DNA of 64,000 nt. Origin: Phyllobates terribilis. Its lineage: Eukaryota. Location: the NCBI RefSeq assembly GCF_046119375.1, contig NW_027362765.1:140926001-140990000 (forward strand), read 5' to 3'. This document shows positions 61,380 through 64,000 of this stretch, piece by piece. A program made the position numbers and the translations under genes. Numbering within the stretch: position 1 is the stretch's first letter; every line of letters starts with the position of its first letter. Under the pieces are notes generated by a model. It saw only the letters and a list, made by a program, of their open reading frames with translations. It made no database searches and had not been told where the DNA came from.

Positions 61380-61800
61380 GGTAACGCATGCACCGCCCGG
61401 TGTCAGGCAAAGCTGTCATCAGAAGCCCCGCCCCCTGGCAGCGCCGCGTTCCAGTAGCGTTGCACGTAGGGCTGCGCTTTCTTATTGGCTGCTGGTCGTC
61501 CCGCACTGGGATGATTGACAGTTTTGCTGTCCTGTGGGAAGTGTCAATATGCGCTTGCGTGAGGCTTTGAGAGCTCGAAGACTGAGGATACCCGGATATG
61601 AGGTGACCCGGAGACGCCCGCGGCTATGACAGGACACCCGAAGAGAAGTTGGGGGACTTTGGGCCTTTGATGTTCTCTGTGCGTAGAGCGTCACTTGAAG
61701 ACCTGGGACCCCAAACTGTAGGCCTGAGGCGCCGGGACGCGGACAAAGCCCGGGACGTCCCCCCCTGTAGCGCCATGGGTGAGTGCGGAGCTTCCTGGGC
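61380..61800 (+). promoter_or_regulatory. CpG island / promoter and 5' UTR of the next gene (probably MAP3K3)
   Basis: Dense CpG in unique sequence, inverted CCAAT (ATTGG about 61484), ending at an ATG-containing donor. Confidence 0.7.
61775..61778 (+). CDS. MAP3K3: 4-nt coding part of a first exon (ATG G|gtgagt), probably MAP3K3
   Basis: Optimal Kozak gcgccATGG and consensus donor gtgagt. MAP3K3 follows TACO1 on the same strand in human and begins M-D (ATG G-AC). The identity rests on synteny only. Confidence 0.6.
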
Positions 61801-61893
61801 TCAGAATTATGTCAGCTGTGCCCAGTTATCTGCGGTATGAAGTATTGCTGGATGGCGTGCAGATATCTGTGGATTACATGATGCTGAGATATG

Positions 61894-64000
61894 CCCCGAC
61901 CCGTGCACTGCAGGACGGTGCACCCCCACGACCCGTGCACTTCAGGAATGTGCACCCCCCCCGACCCGTGCACTGCAGGACAGTGCACCCCCACGACCCT
62001 TGCACTTAAGGAATGAGCACCCCCCCCCGACCCGTGCACTGCAGGACTGTGCACCCCCACGACCCGTGCACTTAAGGAATGAGCACCCCCCCCCCGACCC
62101 GTGCACTGCAGGACGGTGCACCCCCCCGACCCGTGCACCCCCCCCCGACCCGTGCACCCCCACGACCCGTGCACTTCAGGAATGTGCACCCCCCCCGACC
62201 CGTGCACTGCAGGACAGTGCACCCCCACGACCCGTGCACTTAAGGAATGAGCACCCCCCCCCCGACCCGTGCACTGCAGGACAGTGCACCCCCACGACCC
62301 GTGCACTTCAGGAATGTGCACCCCCCCCCCCGACCCGTGCACTTCAGGAATGTGCACCCCCCGACCCGTGCACTTCAGGAATGTACACCCCGCGACCTGT
62401 GCACTGCAAGACAGTGCACCCCCCCCGACCCGTGCACTTCAGGAATGTGCACCCTCCGACCCGTGCACTTCAGGAATGTGCACCCCCCGACCCGTGCACT
62501 TCAGGAATGTGCACCCCCCGACCCGTGCACTTCAGGAATGTGCACCCCCCCGACCCGTGCACTTCAGGAATGTGCACCCCCCCCGACCCGTGCACTTCAG
62601 GAATGTGCACCCCCCCCGACCCGTGCACTTCAGGAATGTGCACACCCCCCCGACCCGTGCACTTCAGGAATGTGCACCCCCCTCCCCCGACCCGTGCACT
62701 TCAGGACTGTGCACCCCCCTCCCCCGACCCGTGCACTGTAGGACTGTGCACCCCCCTCCCCCGACCCGTGCACTGTAGGACTGTGCACCCCCCTCCCCCG
62801 ACCCGTGCACTGTAGGACTGTGCACCCCCCCCCCCCGACCCGTGCACTGCAGGACTGTGCACCCCCCCCCCGACCCGTGCACTGCAGGACTGTGCACCCC
62901 CCCCCCCCCGACCCGTGCACTGCAGGACTGTGCACCCCCCCCCCGACCCGTGCACTGCAGGACTGTGCACCCCCCCCCCGACCCGTGCACTGCAGGACTG
63001 TGCACCCCCCCCCCGACCCGTGCACTGCAGGACTGTGCACCCCCCCCGACCCGTGCACCTCAGGAATGTGCACCTCCCGACCCGTGCCCTGCAGGAATGT
63101 GCACCCCCCGACCTATGCACTGCACCCCCCCGACCCGTGCACTTCAGAAATGTGCACCCCCCCGACCCGTGCACTTCAGGAATGTGCACCCCCCTGACCC
63201 GTGCACTTCAGGAATGTGCACCCCCCCCCCCCATTGACCCGTGCACTTCAGGAATGTGCACCTCCCCGACCCGTGCACTGCAGGACAGTGCACCCCCACG
63301 ACCCGTGCACTTCAGGAATGTGCACCCCCCCCCCCCCCCCCGACCCGTGCACTTCAGGAATGTACACCCCGCGACCCGTGCACTGCAAGACAGTGCACCC
63401 TCCCCTGACCCGTGCACTGCAGGACAGTGCACCCCCACGACCCGTGCACTTCAGGAATGTGCACCCCCCCCGACCCGTGCACTGCAAGAATGTGCACCCC
63501 CCCGACCCGTGCACTCCCCCCCCGACCCGTGCACTTCAGGAATGTGCACCCCCCGACCCCGACCCGTGCACTGCAGGACTGTGCACCCCCCCGACCCGTG
63601 CACTGCAGGACTGTGCACCCCCCCGACCCGTGCACTGCAGGACTGTGCACCCCCCCGACCCGTGCACTGCAGGACTGTGCACCCCCCCGACCCGTGCACT
63701 GCAGGACTGTGCACCCCCCCGACCCGTGCACTGCAGGACTGTGCACCCCCCCGACCCGTGCATTGCAGGACTGTGCACCCCCCCCCCCCCGACCCGTGCA
63801 CTGCAGGACTGTGCACCCCCCCCGACCCGTGCACTGCAGGACTGTGCACCCCCCCGACCCGTGCCCCGTAAACCCCGCCCGACCTGTGCCCTGCAGGAAT
63901 GTGCACCCCCCGACCTGTGCCCTGCACCCCCTGACCTGGGCCCTGCAGGACAGTGCACACCCCGACCTGTGCACTGCACCTTCCGACCTGGGCCCTGCAG
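61894..64000. repeat. About 30-36-bp C-rich minisatellite ((C)n-GACCCGTGCAC-TGCAGGACT/TTCAGGAAT-GTGCAC), more than 2.1 kb, running off the window
   Basis: Dozens of visible units with variable poly-C; explains all ORFs from 61812 to 63979. Confidence 0.95.

Noticed and set aside
61812-63979. Many ORFs up to 318 aa
   Set aside because: They are artefacts of the stop-poor minisatellite.
1-64000. CRISPR arrays, rRNA or tRNA genes, prokaryotic operons
   Set aside because: None were seen. The tandem arrays have no unique spacers, and the window is eukaryotic intron/exon DNA.

Overview
This is vertebrate genomic DNA, almost certainly frog (anuran), judged from the orthologous genes and the repeat content (TTAA/T2-type MITEs, Tc1, CR1, L2, DIRS1). 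Three genes lie on the + strand in the region syntenic to human 17q23. PRR29 (DUF4587 family) has five recognisable coding exons at 23653-28466; its start codon was not located. TACO1 is a complete 5-exon CDS of 285 aa at 39481-46210. A CpG-island first exon ending ATGG|gtgagt at 61775-61778 is most likely MAP3K3, inferred from synteny. Most of the remaining sequence is decayed transposons: many Tc1 copies, three CR1 pieces with LTR or MITE insertions, an L2, a full-length but degenerate DIRS1 retroelement, and hAT, Harbinger and TTAA MITEs. Several minisatellites explain most of the long ORFs in the track. The best novel leads are: (i) an unidentified minus-strand spliced gene model (22969 to 6412) with phase-compatible open exons, head-to-head with PRR29; (ii) two minus-strand minimal hammerhead-ribozyme motifs, each followed by an AT-rich tail and AATAAA, resembling Penelope/retrozyme elements; (iii) a palindrome-of-palindromes with a flipped loop inside a Harbinger MITE; (iv) a G4/i-motif-prone minisatellite of more than 2 kb just inside MAP3K3 intron 1. 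All calls were made by eye and no database searches were run.
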